Positions 1 to 10,465 of a stretch of 64,000 nt of DNA are shown here, one piece after another; the first letter of the stretch is position 1, and each line of letters begins with the position of its first letter. Made by a program: the position numbers and the translations under genes. The DNA lies in assembly GCA_015493225.1 (NCBI GenBank), contig WGDO01000031.1, positions 1,355-65,354 of the forward strand, given 5' to 3'. This DNA comes from Patescibacteria group bacterium (GTDB lineage: Bacteria; Patescibacteriota; Minisyncoccia; Moranbacterales; DUUL01). The notes below the pieces were generated by a model. The model was not told the DNA's origin. It saw only the letters and a list, made by a program, of their open reading frames with translations, and did not search any database.

Positions 1-3000
1 GAACTTTGGTAGATAAAGAGTATGTGGATAATCAATTAATGTGGGAAATAATGCCGGCTAGTACCGGAGGAATGAGAATTCAGCCAAAAAATAATAGTGT
101 GCGACAAATTTTTGTGCAGAGAGATGATAATAGTTATACTCAGTTTAAGGTGAGGAATAATAATGACGCGGGCAATGGAGCGGGAGCTATTATTGAGTTG
201 AAGGGTTCTGGAGCAGACTATACCAATAATATGTATATTGGTAAGTATGGAGCAAGTTTTTGGATACCGGAATTACGAGATAATGGAGCAGTTTTAACAG
301 ATAAAAATCTTGTTATTGGTACCGCTTCTGATTCACATGAAATTCATTTTGTAACAGGAAATTCCTATACAGATTTGCAGCCTGTGGTAGTGGCCGATAA
401 TGAAGGGTTTAGATATACTTCTGATTTATCTGCGACTTTTGTGGATAGAACTTTGGTGGACAAGGCGTATGTAGACAATGCTATTATTGCTGGGACTAAT
501 AATATTTATACGGCGGACGGGACTTTGACTAGTGAAAGAGGGTTGAGTGGTAATGGAGGTGCGTTTGGGATTGCATTTACAGAATTAAATGAATTTAATA
601 TAGATGATACAGGCTCAATTAATTTTGAGGCTACGGGAGACGGTAATTTTACAGCTCCATCTTTTAATATAGGATCGTATAGTACTGTAACCCTTGATAT
701 GACAAGTGGAGTTTCTGCTATTTTTAATGACCATAGAGTTACAAAAACAGGCGTTGAATACGGAGCTGATTATTCTGCAAATTATACAAATCGTTCTTTG
801 GTGGATAAAGAATATGTAGACAATGCTATTACAGCTGGAATTAATAATATTTATACGGCGGATGGGACTTTGACGGGAAATAGAATTATTACTATGGGAA
901 CTAATAATCTTCAGTTTGATTCCGCCGGTCAGATAGGGTTATTATTTTTGGACAGTGTTAATAATAGGGTCGGAATTGGGACAAGTAGTCCAAATAACTT
1001 GTTTCAGGTAAGTGGGTTGATTGATTTTGATGATGCGACTTCAAGTACTTTTTTTGGAAAAGATGCCGGAACTAACAATACGGCCAACTTTAATACATTT
1101 ATTGGATTTGAAGCCGGCCAGGTAACAACTTCCGGTCAACAAAATGTATACATAGGATATAGGGCGGGTAATGCCAACACTACTGGAAAAAATGGTGTTT
1201 TTATAGGAGAGAGTGCCGGAACTATGAATACTACCGGTAAATCCAATACTTTTGTTGGGCGTAAATCTGGTGAAAATAATACAACCGGTAATGAAAATAC
1301 TTTTATCGGCAAAGAATCCGGTCGATATACTACTACCGGAGGAAATAATACCGGGCTAGGTACCCAATCTTTAAGAGGCAATACAACTGGTGAATATAAT
1401 ATGGCTTTGGGAAATAATTCTTTACAGTATTCTGCCAATGCCAATCGTAATGTTGCCATTGGGTTTAGTGCTTTAGGTGGGTTTGATCATGTATATAATA
1501 ATAATGTTGTAATTGGTACTGAGGCTGGCAATCAATCAGCGGATTTAGATGGATGTGTCATGATAGGGGATAGAGTTGGAGTGACAAATACCGTAAATAA
1601 TCGTTTAATGATTGATAATTCCGGAACAAATACACCGCTTTTGGATGGTTATTTTGATAGTGATATTTTGCGAGTAAATGGAACTTTTCAAATAAACGAT
1701 CCCAGCGGAACGGGGTATGCTTTTCCCATTGCCGATGGAACAAGTGGGCAAGTTTTACAAACGGATGGTAATGGAAATTTGTCTTGGGCTTCATCTTCTG
1801 GTGGTTCCGGAGTTACTGCCTCAAATGGCTTAACGGAAGTGGGAAATGATATTAGACTGGGCGGAACATTAACACAAAACACTACAGTGGGAAGTGATAC
1901 CGACAATAGCTATCTTATATTCAGAAATTATCAAAATAATATAGCATTTTTTTCTCATAAAGACAGTGCAAATTATTCATATTTGTCAATACATTCAGGA
2001 GCGGCTGATTTTCCGCATATAGCTTTTAGGACATATAATAATGGTAATAAATATGAAATATTGGCAGATAGTAGTTTAGGTGGAGTTATTACTGATGATA
2101 TAAATCATAGAGGTCTTCAATATTATGAAGATTATTCAGCTAATTATACGAATAGAACTTTGGTAGATAAGGAATATGTAGATAATCAAATTAGTCCATT
2201 TGACACTACTGCTAATGTTACCTCAAATGAAAACGACGATTATGCCAATGATGATTTTGTGTTTGGGTCTTCTAGCTTGGCTAATGACGGCAATGACAAT
2301 CACGATAGAAGATTTTTCTTTGATAAATCTAAGGCTGCGTTTAGGGCTGGTTATACTCCAGGTTCTGAATGGGATGATGCTAATGTTGGTGTTGGTTCAA
2401 TTGCATTAGGTAGCGGATATGTTGATGGTGAAGGTTCTATAACTAATGCTCCAATTGCTTCTGGTATTAGGTCGACAGCTATTGGTATCGATGCAGTTGC
2501 CAGCGGTGATGATTCATTCGCTATAGTGCGGTCTGAAGCTATTGGCAATACTTCATTTGCTATAACGAATGGTACTGCAAACGGCTCTAATTCAGTTGCA
2601 ATGTCTGGGGGTATAACTAATAGTTCCAATTCAGTTGCAATGGCACATGGTACAACAAATGGAAATTATGCAGTTGCTATTGGTAGTAATACTACTGCTT
2701 CTGCTTATGCAGTTGCAATGGGATATCTTTCAACGGCATCTGGTCAAGACTCTGTAGCAATGGGGCAAAATTCTACTGCCTCTGCACTTGGTTCTGTTGC
2801 CTTAGGTCTTAACCCTATTGCTTCTGGTAATGCGGGTATTGCCTTAGGGCAAGGGGTATTAGCTAAATCTTATGCTGAAATTGCTTTGGGTTCTTATAAT
2901 ACGGATTATAATCCTAACAATACTACTGATGTTGATTTGTCTGATAGGGCGTTTGTGATTGGTAACGGTATTAACGATGTAAATAGATCAGATGCATTTA

Positions 3001-6000
3001 TTATGCTAAAAGATGGTTCAAGTACGTTTACTAATGTAGCATCTTATGATGCTGATTATTCAGGTTCTTATACTAATCATTCTTTGGTAGACAAGGCTTA
3101 CGTAGATAATGCTGTTGCCAGCGGCGGTTCTTCCTCTTGGACCAAAACTGGAACAAACCTTTCCCCAACAACAGCAGGAGATGATGTTTTGTTAAGTGCT
3201 GGAGAAACATTAAGCATCGCTGATTTAGCTCAAGGTTCTATTCCTTTTATCGGTGTTGGAGGATTGTTTACTCAGGATAACAATAATTTATTTTGGGATT
3301 CCGGGAACAATACTATGGGCATTGGTACCAATACTCCTTCATCAGCTCTTGATATAAACTCAAATGGGGCTAATGGGGTAGCGATATTTACCATAGGCAA
3401 TACTGCCGGAGACATTCAAATGTTTAGAACAGATGCTACCCCAGATGGTTCGGTAGCTGGTTCAATTGGTGATTTGGCTTTTGACGGGACAAATGGTGAA
3501 GTGTATATTAAAAATTCTGGGAACGGAACAAATACTGGTTGGTTAAGAATGTTGCGACAGGGAGATTTGTCTTCTTTATGGGATGCAGATGCAGATACGG
3601 GAATTCAGGTTGAAGAAACAGCCGATGAAGATATGATTCGGTTTGATACGGCTGGCAGTCAGAGAATGATAGTAAACAATAATGGTTATGTTGGTATAAA
3701 TACAGAAAATTTTGCTCATAATGTTGCAACTTTTGGTTCTGTTTTACCAACGGTTAATATTGTACAATCAAATTTAACAATGGCTGGTATAAATATTGAT
3801 AGGTTTAGTGACGATGACCAACCGGCAAGATTTTCACTTGGAAAAGCAAGGGGTACTGAATCTACTCCGACAGTTCTTCAAGCGGGGGATGAAATTATGG
3901 AATTATCTGGCATAGCTTATGATGGTGGTCAATACATATCTTCAGGTGGTCTTATTGTAAAAACAGATGGAGTTCCGGGAGCAAATAATGTACCAACTGA
4001 AATGACTTTTTTAACTACTCAATCAGGTGCTTTAGGTTCGGATGAAAAAATGGTTTTGACTTCTGATGGTAAATTAGGTATTGGTAATTTGACTCCAAGT
4101 AGTACTTTACATGTCGAAAGTGTTTCTGGTAATGTTGCTGATCCAATTTTAACTTTAGAAAATGGTGGAGGAGATTTTCAAGTTTTTAATGTTGTTAATA
4201 GTCCAGAAAGTGATATTAGTGGCTCTATTGGAGATTTAGCAGTTGATAATACTCACGGTAATATATATATTAAAGGAACAGGGACAGGTACTAATACTGG
4301 ATGGTTGCAATTAGCCACAAATAGTGGTTCTTCTCCTTGGACTAAAACCGGAACAAATCTTTCTCCAACTGCTGCTGGAGATGATGTTTTGTTAAATGTC
4401 GGAGAAACTTTAAGTATTTCTGATTTAACTCAAGGTTCAATTCCTTTTATTGGAGCTAGTGGTTTAGTTTCCCAGGATAACAATAATTTATTTTGGAATA
4501 ATGCTGATAATAGGTTGGGGATTGGAACAACTAATCCAAATTATTCTTTAGCGGTAGTTGGAACTGGTTCCGGAACAAATGGAAGTTTGGAATTGGCAAC
4601 CTATGCTAATGCTGGACCCCCTTCTGCTTTGTATTTACATAGATCAGGTGGTACAGAGGCTGCACCTACAGCTGTAACAAACAGTATGCCAATGGGCGGA
4701 TTAATGACGGGAGGATATGATGGAACTAGTATGGTAGCATATTCTGCTGGGGTGCAAATGGATGCAACAGAAGATTGGTCTAATTCAGCCCATGGAACAA
4801 GACTATTTTTTTCAACAACAGCAAATGGAACAACTGGTATGAGTACTAAAATGGTAATTGACAATAATGGTAGGGTTGGCATAGGAAGTGCTATTACTCC
4901 AAATGCTTTATTGGATGTTCGTGGAGATGCAGTGTTCAATGATGATGCCGGAGATTATGATTTTAGAATTGAGGGAGATACTGATCAAAATTTATTTTTT
5001 GTGGATGCTGGGAATAATAGGGTGGGTATTGGTACGGCTACTCCTAGTGTTAAATTACAAGTTAGTGGACAGGCAAGAGCTTCCAGCTTTAGGTCGGCCA
5101 ATGGTACAGCTGGGTCTCCATCCTATAGATTTGATGGAGACACAAACACGGGATTATTTAGAGCGGCGGCCGATAATTTAGCTTTTACAACGGGAGGGTC
5201 TGAAGCAATGAGAATTGATGCTAGTGGCAATTTAGGACTTGGAATTACAGTTCCTACCTATAGGATGACAATAGCTGGAGGAGCGTTAATGTTGGATGGT
5301 ATTGCAGCAGCTCCAACTGCATCCCAGGGTTACGCCGGTATTTATACTAATAATGGAGAGTTATATGCTTTTGACGAAAGCGCTAATTCAACACAAATCT
5401 CTCCTCATGATAAGAATGGCAAGTGGTGGTATAACTCTACTAATTTAGAAACTGGTAGTACTCTGCAAATTAAAATGGAAGACTTGACTAAGGATTTAAA
5501 TAAACTCTTAGGAGGAGGATATATTTTGGAGAATGGAACATTAGTTGACGAGGGGCAAAATGTTATTGAAAATTTAAGAACTAATATTTTGAGTGAGGAT
5601 AAAGTTATAGAGGATTTACGAGAAGCGTTGAAAAACATTGATGTGGAGGAATTGGACAACAGGATTGATGATAATGAAAATTTGATTGGTGAAATTAATA
5701 ACAGTATTAAAAATATCATAGATGAGATCAAACAACTTTGGGAAAAGGTAACAAAAAATTCTGATGATATTGAGGGATTAAAGAAAGAAAATGACGAGTT
5801 AAAAAAAGAGCTTTGTAAAGAAAATGATGATTATTCTTGGTGTGAAGATAAGGATATTAATAATGAAGATAGTGGTGATGAAGAAAATAATAATGAAGAA
5901 GTTCAGAATGATGGACAGCCAATGGAAGAGGGAATTGTTGAAGATGATGCAGATAATGTAGGAGGGGATAATAATTCTGGGGTAGCAGAAGATACAATGG

Positions 6001-6104
6001 GTAGTGATGATGAGCAAGTAGTTGAAAATCAAAATGATAATGAAGACGGTGACAATGGGGCTGTAAATAGTCAGCTTGACAATAAACAAGATAGTGTGAA
6101 GTAA
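1..6104 (+). CDS. Giant repeat-rich surface/secreted protein (adhesin- or tail-fibre-like), 5' end lies outside the window
   Basis: ORF >2000 aa, open from the window start (RTLVDKEYVDN). Recurrent YSANYTNRSLVDKEYVDN motifs, GIGT repeats, YadA-head-like S(V/T)AMG..ASG repeats, and a duplicated WTKTGTNLSPT.AGDDVLL block. C-terminal coiled coil ends in ELC..YSWC and an acidic tail. Confidence 0.75.
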   Translation, partial: TLVDKEYVDNQLMWEIMPASTGGMRIQPKNNSVRQIFVQRDDNSYTQFKVRNNNDAGNGAGAIIELKGSGADYTNNMYIGKYGASFWIPELRDNGAVLTDKNLVIGTASDSHEIHFVTGNSYTDLQPVVVADNEGFRYTSDLSATFVDRTLVDKAYVDNAIIAGTNNIYTADGTLTSERGLSGNGGAFGIAFTELNEFNIDDTGSINFEATGDGNFTAPSFNIGSYSTVTLDMTSGVSAIFNDHRVTKTGVEYGADYSANYTNRSLVDKEYVDNAITAGINNIYTADGTLTGNRIITMGTNNLQFDSAGQIGLLFLDSVNNRVGIGTSSPNNLFQVSGLIDFDDATSSTFFGKDAGTNNTANFNTFIGFEAGQVTTSGQQNVYIGYRAGNANTTGKNGVFIGESAGTMNTTGKSNTFVGRKSGENNTTGNENTFIGKESGRYTTTGGNNTGLGTQSLRGNTTGEYNMALGNNSLQYSANANRNVAIGFSALGGFDHVYNNNVVIGTEAGNQSADLDGCVMIGDRVGVTNTVNNRLMIDNSGTNTPLLDGYFDSDILRVNGTFQINDPSGTGYAFPIADGTSGQVLQTDGNGNLSWASSSGGSGVTASNGLTEVGNDIRLGGTLTQNTTVGSDTDNSYLIFRNYQNNIAFFSHKDSANYSYLSIHSGAADFPHIAFRTYNNGNKYEILADSSLGGVITDDINHRGLQYYEDYSANYTNRTLVDKEYVDNQISPFDTTANVTSNENDDYANDDFVFGSSSLANDGNDNHDRRFFFDKSKAAFRAGYTPGSEWDDANVGVGSIALGSGYVDGEGSITNAPIASGIRSTAIGIDAVASGDDSFAIVRSEAIGNTSFAITNGTANGSNSVAMSGGITNSSNSVAMAHGTTNGNYAVAIGSNTTASAYAVAMGYLSTASGQDSVAMGQNSTASALGSVALGLNPIASGNAGIALGQGVLAKSYAEIALGSYNTDYNPNNTTDVDLSDRAFVIGNGINDVNRSDAFIMLKDGSSTFTNVASYDADYSGSYTNHSLVDKAYVDNAVASGGSSSWTKTGTNLSPTTAGDDVLLSAGETLSIADLAQGSIPFIGVGGLFTQDNNNLFWDSGNNTMGIGTNTPSSALDINSNGANGVAIFTIGNTAGDIQMFRTDATPDGSVAGSIGDLAFDGTNGEVYIKNSGNGTNTGWLRMLRQGDLSSLWDADADTGIQVEETADEDMIRFDTAGSQRMIVNNNGYVGINTENFAHNVATFGSVLPTVNIVQSNLTMAGINIDRFSDDDQPARFSLGKARGTESTPTVLQAGDEIMELSGIAYDGGQYISSGGLIVKTDGVPGANNVPTEMTFLTTQSGALGSDEKMVLTSDGKLGIGNLTPSSTLHVESVSGNVADPILTLENGGGDFQVFNVVNSPESDISGSIGDLAVDNTHGNIYIKGTGTGTNTGWLQLATNSGSSPWTKTGTNLSPTAAGDDVLLNVGETLSISDLTQGSIPFIGASGLVSQDNNNLFWNNADNRLGIGTTNPNYSLAVVGTGSGTNGSLELATYANAGPPSALYLHRSGGTEAAPTAVTNSMPMGGLMTGGYDGTSMVAYSAGVQMDATEDWSNSAHGTRLFFSTTANGTTGMSTKMVIDNNGRVGIGSAITPNALLDVRGDAVFNDDAGDYDFRIEGDTDQNLFFVDAGNNRVGIGTATPSVKLQVSGQARASSFRSANGTAGSPSYRFDGDTNTGLFRAAADNLAFTTGGSEAMRIDASGNLGLGITVPTYRMTIAGGALMLDGIAAAPTASQGYAGIYTNNGELYAFDESANSTQISPHDKNGKWWYNSTNLETGSTLQIKMEDLTKDLNKLLGGGYILENGTLVDEGQNVIENLRTNILSEDKVIEDLREALKNIDVEELDNRIDDNENLIGEINNSIKNIIDEIKQLWEKVTKNSDDIEGLKKENDELKKELCKENDDYSWCEDKDINNEDSGDEENNNEEVQNDGQPMEEGIVEDDADNVGGDNNSGVAEDTMGSDDEQVVENQNDNEDGDNGAVNSQLDNKQDSVK

Positions 6105-6147
6105 TTTGGTTGAGGTGATAATTTTTAATGTTCTGTACAAGTAAGAT

Positions 6148-8013
6148 TTGTCGCCTACAAAGAATAAACTTTGCTTAAGCTCAATAGTTTCTAAAAATAG
6201 CTTTAAAAAAAGTAAAGATATTGAAAATAATGAAATGTTAGATTTGATTAAAAAAATTAGTGAATTGAAAATACCGATAATTGTAATTATTGGTGGAATT
6301 TTTTTGATATTTATAGCCTTGTTTTTAAAAAAGGCTTATATTAAAAAACAGCATAAATTTTTTATTGGATTGGCAACCTTGGGGATGAGTTTATTGATTT
6401 TTTTAATTTTACTGGTATTAAATATTCCTTGGTTTCAAAATTTAAATTATTTACAAACTAGATTGTATAATCCGCAGAAAGAAGAAAATCAACATGCTAA
6501 ACTTGATACGACCCAAGATGTTATTCAGACACTTGATTTTAATAAGTTGAATAATACTTTAAATATTTCTGATGGCAATACTGTTAATCTTTCATCTTTA
6601 ATAGAAAAGTATAAGGCTGGATTAGGTTTGAGATTAGATGACGATACTTTTTCCCTAACCAGTAAAAATAGTGAGGGAACCTATGGGTCTAAAAATAAAA
6701 TTCCTCAAATTAAAGTTGACGAGCAGGGGCGTATTTTAGATGTTACAGAAATTTCTTTAGAAGACTCTGGAAATGGCAATGGTGAGGCTCAAATTTTATC
6801 CTTTGATTCCAGTACGGATAGTTTGTCTATTTCTGATGGTAATGAAGTGGACTTGTCTTCCCTGAATAATAATTATGATGGGGTTGCTGGTTCAGTTTTT
6901 TTTGCTGGAGCGAATGGAACGTTAGCTGAAAATAATGGAAATTTATTTTGGGATAATAATCATAATAGACTGGGACTGGGGACAACTACGCCGGATGAGC
7001 AGTTACATATTACGCAAAATATGAGGTTAGACCATGCTTTTGAAGATAAAGATGGAGAAGCTGGTACTGTAGGTCAAGTTTTAACATCAACGGGTACGGG
7101 AACTGACTGGGTTGATAATGTGGCGTACCCAATTCCATTTATTTCATCTTTGACACCAGTAACTGTTATTAATGGTTCTACTAATACAATTACCATTACT
7201 GGTTATAATTTTACACCAACATCGGCAGTAGCTATTTCCGGAGGTAATGTTGTAAACTCAGTAAATATTTTATCACCGGTGGAAATGCAGGTAAATGTTA
7301 CAGCGGTTGGAATAGATGGTAGCTATGATATAGTTATTTCAAATGATGGTGTTTTAAATACAGAATGGACTGGTAACGGAGTTGGATTGTTCAAAGTGAA
7401 TACCAGCGATGGAACAACTCAAGCTACGGCGGGAATAAGTTGTAAACATATTTTAGATGATGGTTTTTCTACGGGTGATGGAACTTACTGGATAAATCCC
7501 GATGGAGGTAGCACGGCCAATGCTTTTCAAGCATATTGTGATATGACAACGGACGGAGGCGGTTGGACTAGAATTGATTATGCTGCTGATTTACCTCATC
7601 AGGCACAATTTTCTGGTGGAGATGCTGATCGTTGGTTGCCAAATAATTTTACTTTTGTTTTAACTGATACACAAATTAATAATATCAGAAGTGTTTCGAC
7701 GGAAGGTAAACAGAGATATCACGGCACTTGTCAGGGAGTAATTCATTATCGTTATCAAACTAATAATTATGCTTATGCCTTTGGCTTTAGATTTCAAAAT
7801 GGAGATGAAACAGTATTTGATCAACAAAATTATCCTAGTACTAATATAGCAGTACCTAATGATGGTTGTCGAATTAATAATAATACGATGAGTAGTACTG
7901 ATTTTGACATTGCTGACATTAGGGTGCCGGTTATTAATGTGCATTCACGAGATAATTCTAGTACGGAACAATTTGGTTCACCTTTAACAAGTTATCCGGC
8001 TTGGTTAAGATAG
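6148..8013 (+). CDS. Membrane-anchored surface protein with IPT/TIG-like and fibrinogen-related C-terminal domains
   Basis: Two N-terminal hydrophobic helices; TITITGYNF (IPT/TIG-like); SC..I...G..DGTYWINPDG...AYCDMTTDGGGWT is the fibrinogen-like signature. True start is probably ATG 6235. Confidence 0.7.
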   Translation: MSPTKNKLCLSSIVSKNSFKKSKDIENNEMLDLIKKISELKIPIIVIIGGIFLIFIALFLKKAYIKKQHKFFIGLATLGMSLLIFLILLVLNIPWFQNLNYLQTRLYNPQKEENQHAKLDTTQDVIQTLDFNKLNNTLNISDGNTVNLSSLIEKYKAGLGLRLDDDTFSLTSKNSEGTYGSKNKIPQIKVDEQGRILDVTEISLEDSGNGNGEAQILSFDSSTDSLSISDGNEVDLSSLNNNYDGVAGSVFFAGANGTLAENNGNLFWDNNHNRLGLGTTTPDEQLHITQNMRLDHAFEDKDGEAGTVGQVLTSTGTGTDWVDNVAYPIPFISSLTPVTVINGSTNTITITGYNFTPTSAVAISGGNVVNSVNILSPVEMQVNVTAVGIDGSYDIVISNDGVLNTEWTGNGVGLFKVNTSDGTTQATAGISCKHILDDGFSTGDGTYWINPDGGSTANAFQAYCDMTTDGGGWTRIDYAADLPHQAQFSGGDADRWLPNNFTFVLTDTQINNIRSVSTEGKQRYHGTCQGVIHYRYQTNNYAYAFGFRFQNGDETVFDQQNYPSTNIAVPNDGCRINNNTMSSTDFDIADIRVPVINVHSRDNSSTEQFGSPLTSYPAWLR

Positions 8014-8029
8014 CATTTTGTGGCATAAT
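8001..8029 (+). promoter_or_regulatory. Putative sigma70 promoter upstream of hairpin A copy 1
   Basis: TTGGTT-17-CATAAT with extended TGn. Confidence 0.4.
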
Positions 8030-8037
8030 ACATTATA

Positions 8038-8212
8038 TAGAACTTATCTAGGGTTCTTTTCTTTCAATGTTCCGCTAAGCTTTTTGAATGTTATTTTCTA
8101 CCTGATGTTTGACGCTTTGTTGATTAAAGAGGGCGTCAAACATGCGTCCGAAAATAACATCCAAAAAGCTTAGCGGGTAAAGGGCTTAGAAGTCTAATAA
8201 AAACTAGGAGAA
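8038..8212 (+). repeat. Long hairpin element family A, copy 1 (stem 8072-8176)
   Basis: CCGCTAAGCTTTTTGAATGTTATTTTC..GAAAATAACATCCAAAAAGCTTAGCGG outer arms; inner ATGTTTGACGC/GCGTCAAACAT stem; homologous to 3 other loci. Confidence 0.9.
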
Positions 8213-8241
8213 TAAATGGTTAAAAAGTTTAATTACAAGAG

Positions 8242-8781
8242 ATGTTAAAAAGAAAAATAAAAATTTTTATTTTTATTGGAGTTATTTTGTCTATATTTAA
8301 TGGCATTAATATTGTTCAGGCCAAAGATAAACAAAAAAATACTTATGTAAAAGACGGAATGGTTTTTGTGGTGGGTAAACATAAACCAGATGAGAGAATT
8401 AAATCAAAAGACAAAGTTAATAAGCGTATTAATCCTAAAAAAGCAACAACTAGTAATATTAGTGAACAGGATATATCTGATAACGAGAAGATGGTTGAAA
8501 ATATAGATAATGAAGATAGCCTGGAAAAAATAACAGAAAAAGATGTAACTGAAAAAGAAGGTTTAATATATGTATTTATTGGGGCAATAAGGGGGCTTTG
8601 GGAAAAAATAACTTCCTTAGGTGAAAGAATGGATAAGCAGGATGATAATATTAATAATTTAGTGGAAACAGCAACATCAACAACGGATGAGCTTACTGAC
8701 CATAATAAAAGATTGGAAAAATTAGAGGAAACTGTTTTTAAAGACGGGGCTAATCAATCTGATGGTAATAAAGAAAAATAA
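8242..8781 (+). CDS. Secreted coiled-coil protein
   Basis: Signal-peptide-like N-terminus (ending VQA-KD). IGAIRGLWEKI segment and coiled coil resemble the C-terminus of the giant protein. Confidence 0.6.
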   Translation: MLKRKIKIFIFIGVILSIFNGINIVQAKDKQKNTYVKDGMVFVVGKHKPDERIKSKDKVNKRINPKKATTSNISEQDISDNEKMVENIDNEDSLEKITEKDVTEKEGLIYVFIGAIRGLWEKITSLGERMDKQDDNINNLVETATSTTDELTDHNKRLEKLEETVFKDGANQSDGNKEK

Positions 8782-8800
8782 ATGTTATAATAAGGTTAGT

Positions 8801-8964
8801 TAGAACTTATCTAGAATTTTTTCTGCAATGTCCCGTCAAGCTTTCTGGATGTTATTTTCTACCTGATGTTTGATGCTTCGTTAATTAAAAAAGGCATCAA
8901 ACATGCGTCCGAAAATAACATCCAGAAAGTTTGACTAATAAAGAATTTAGGAGAATAGCCCTGA
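8801..8964 (+). repeat. Long hairpin element family A, copy 2 (stem 8835-8935)
   Basis: Same core with compensatory changes; preceded by TGnTATAAT at 8783-8791. Confidence 0.9.
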
Positions 8965-8995
8965 ATGAGTTATTAAATATTTTTTACTAATTGAA

Positions 8996-9736
8996 ATGCC
9001 TAAAAAACAAAAGAAAAAAACAAACAAAAGAGTTTCCCAGAAAGTAAAGGATCATCTTTTTAGTGATGTGACAGCAAAGGATAGGAATAGGGCGGTTGAG
9101 GATATTATTGAATCTTCCAGTCCGCGCAAAAGTTTTTTTGTGATGATTGCTGTTTCGGCTGCTTTGGCGACAATGGGAATTATTGATGATAATGTAGCGG
9201 TGATTATTGGTGGTATGATGGTAGCGCCGATGTTGTCTCCAATATTGGCAATCGCTCTTGGAATAGAAATGGTTGATAATAAATTAATTTATCGTTCTTT
9301 TAAAGTTGTGGCTCTTTGGACTATTTATGCTTTAGGAGCTTCTTTGGTTTTTGCCTTATTATTAAATCAAGGTAAGGTTAATATGGAACAGTTGAACCAT
9401 GAAATGTCTTTGAGGGTTAGTGTGGGGTTGAGTACAATTTTAGTTGCCTTGGTAGCTGGTTTTGGGGCCTCTCTTTCGGTAGTTAGAAGTGAATTGGCTA
9501 AATTTATGTCTGGGGTAGCCATTGCGGTGGCTTTAATTCCGCCGATTTCCACAAGCGCCATTGGAATTAGTATCCTGAATTTTAGAATTTTTTATAATGC
9601 TTTTGCTTCGTTTGTAATTAATTTAATCGGAATTATTTTGGCGGCCTTGGTGGTGTTTTCTTTAGTGAGATTGTCGGATGCTAAAAGAAGATTAAAGTTA
9701 GAGTTGGAAGAGGAGAAGGATTTGTTGGGGGAGTGA
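8996..9736 (+). CDS. DUF389/TIGR00341-family membrane protein
   Basis: AVIIGGMMVAPMLSPI and GVAIAVALIPP motifs; multiple TM helices. Confidence 0.85.
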   Translation: MPKKQKKKTNKRVSQKVKDHLFSDVTAKDRNRAVEDIIESSSPRKSFFVMIAVSAALATMGIIDDNVAVIIGGMMVAPMLSPILAIALGIEMVDNKLIYRSFKVVALWTIYALGASLVFALLLNQGKVNMEQLNHEMSLRVSVGLSTILVALVAGFGASLSVVRSELAKFMSGVAIAVALIPPISTSAIGISILNFRIFYNAFASFVINLIGIILAALVVFSLVRLSDAKRRLKLELEEEKDLLGE

Positions 9737-9860
9737 GGTTTGTAAACCAGACATTCGCTGGTCAAGACTTTGTAAAGTCTATAAAGTCGAAAGTCTGGAA
9801 AGTTTATTATGGTAAAGTTTTAATAGGATTTAAAATTTTAATTTTTAAGTTTTTAAAAAT

Positions 9861-10268
9861 ATGATGATTAAGACTATGACAGGAACATCTTTAGAACATC
9901 ATCAAAAAAATAATAAAAACTATAGTGTAGAAAATGGAAGTCAGCAAGAAAAAGATAGAGAATTTATTGAAGATTTAAAAGAATGTATAGTAGAAGATTT
10001 GAATAAAAGTAAAAAAATAAATTTGCAAATAACAACAGAAGATGAGGAAAAAATTAAGGAACGTATTAAGAAAATGGATAATGATGAGTTTTTAAGTATG
10101 ATTTCTATGGCATTTGCTAACGTGAATAATAATTTAAGTGTTTTAAATATTTTAATTGGCATTGCAGAAGGAAGGGAAACGGATGATATAAGAAAAGCAA
10201 AACAAATAGTTAAAAGAAATGTTAAAAAAATTAACAGGTGGTTTAAAACTGATTTAAAGGTTGTTTAA
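9861..10268 (+). CDS. Hypothetical protein
   Basis: 135-aa charged ORF followed by a hairpin + T-run near 10305-10333. Confidence 0.5.
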   Translation: MMIKTMTGTSLEHHQKNNKNYSVENGSQQEKDREFIEDLKECIVEDLNKSKKINLQITTEDEEKIKERIKKMDNDEFLSMISMAFANVNNNLSVLNILIGIAEGRETDDIRKAKQIVKRNVKKINRWFKTDLKVV

Positions 10269-10465
10269 AAGTATTGGAAATATTTTTACAGTAAGGATAA
10301 ATTTTAAAATACCATAAAATGTGGTGTTTTTTTATTGCCAAAGAGTTTGGGGCGTGGTAGTATTTATTGTAGTTAGAAGAAATGGATCACATGAAATTAT
10401 TGATTTTGGATTTTCTTTTCTAAGGAGAAGGTGGAAGCTTAAATAAGGTTAATAAATGAAATATT

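Noticed and set aside
1-8013. Prophage tail genes or a diversity-generating retroelement target
   Set aside because: No other phage genes, no reverse transcriptase, and no adenine-specific TR/VR pair seen.
8038-8964. Gene-hairpin-gene-hairpin layout as integron attC cassettes
   Set aside because: No RYYYAAC/GTTRRRY boxes at the stem ends, no integrase in the window, and the same hairpin precedes the pgsA-like gene.
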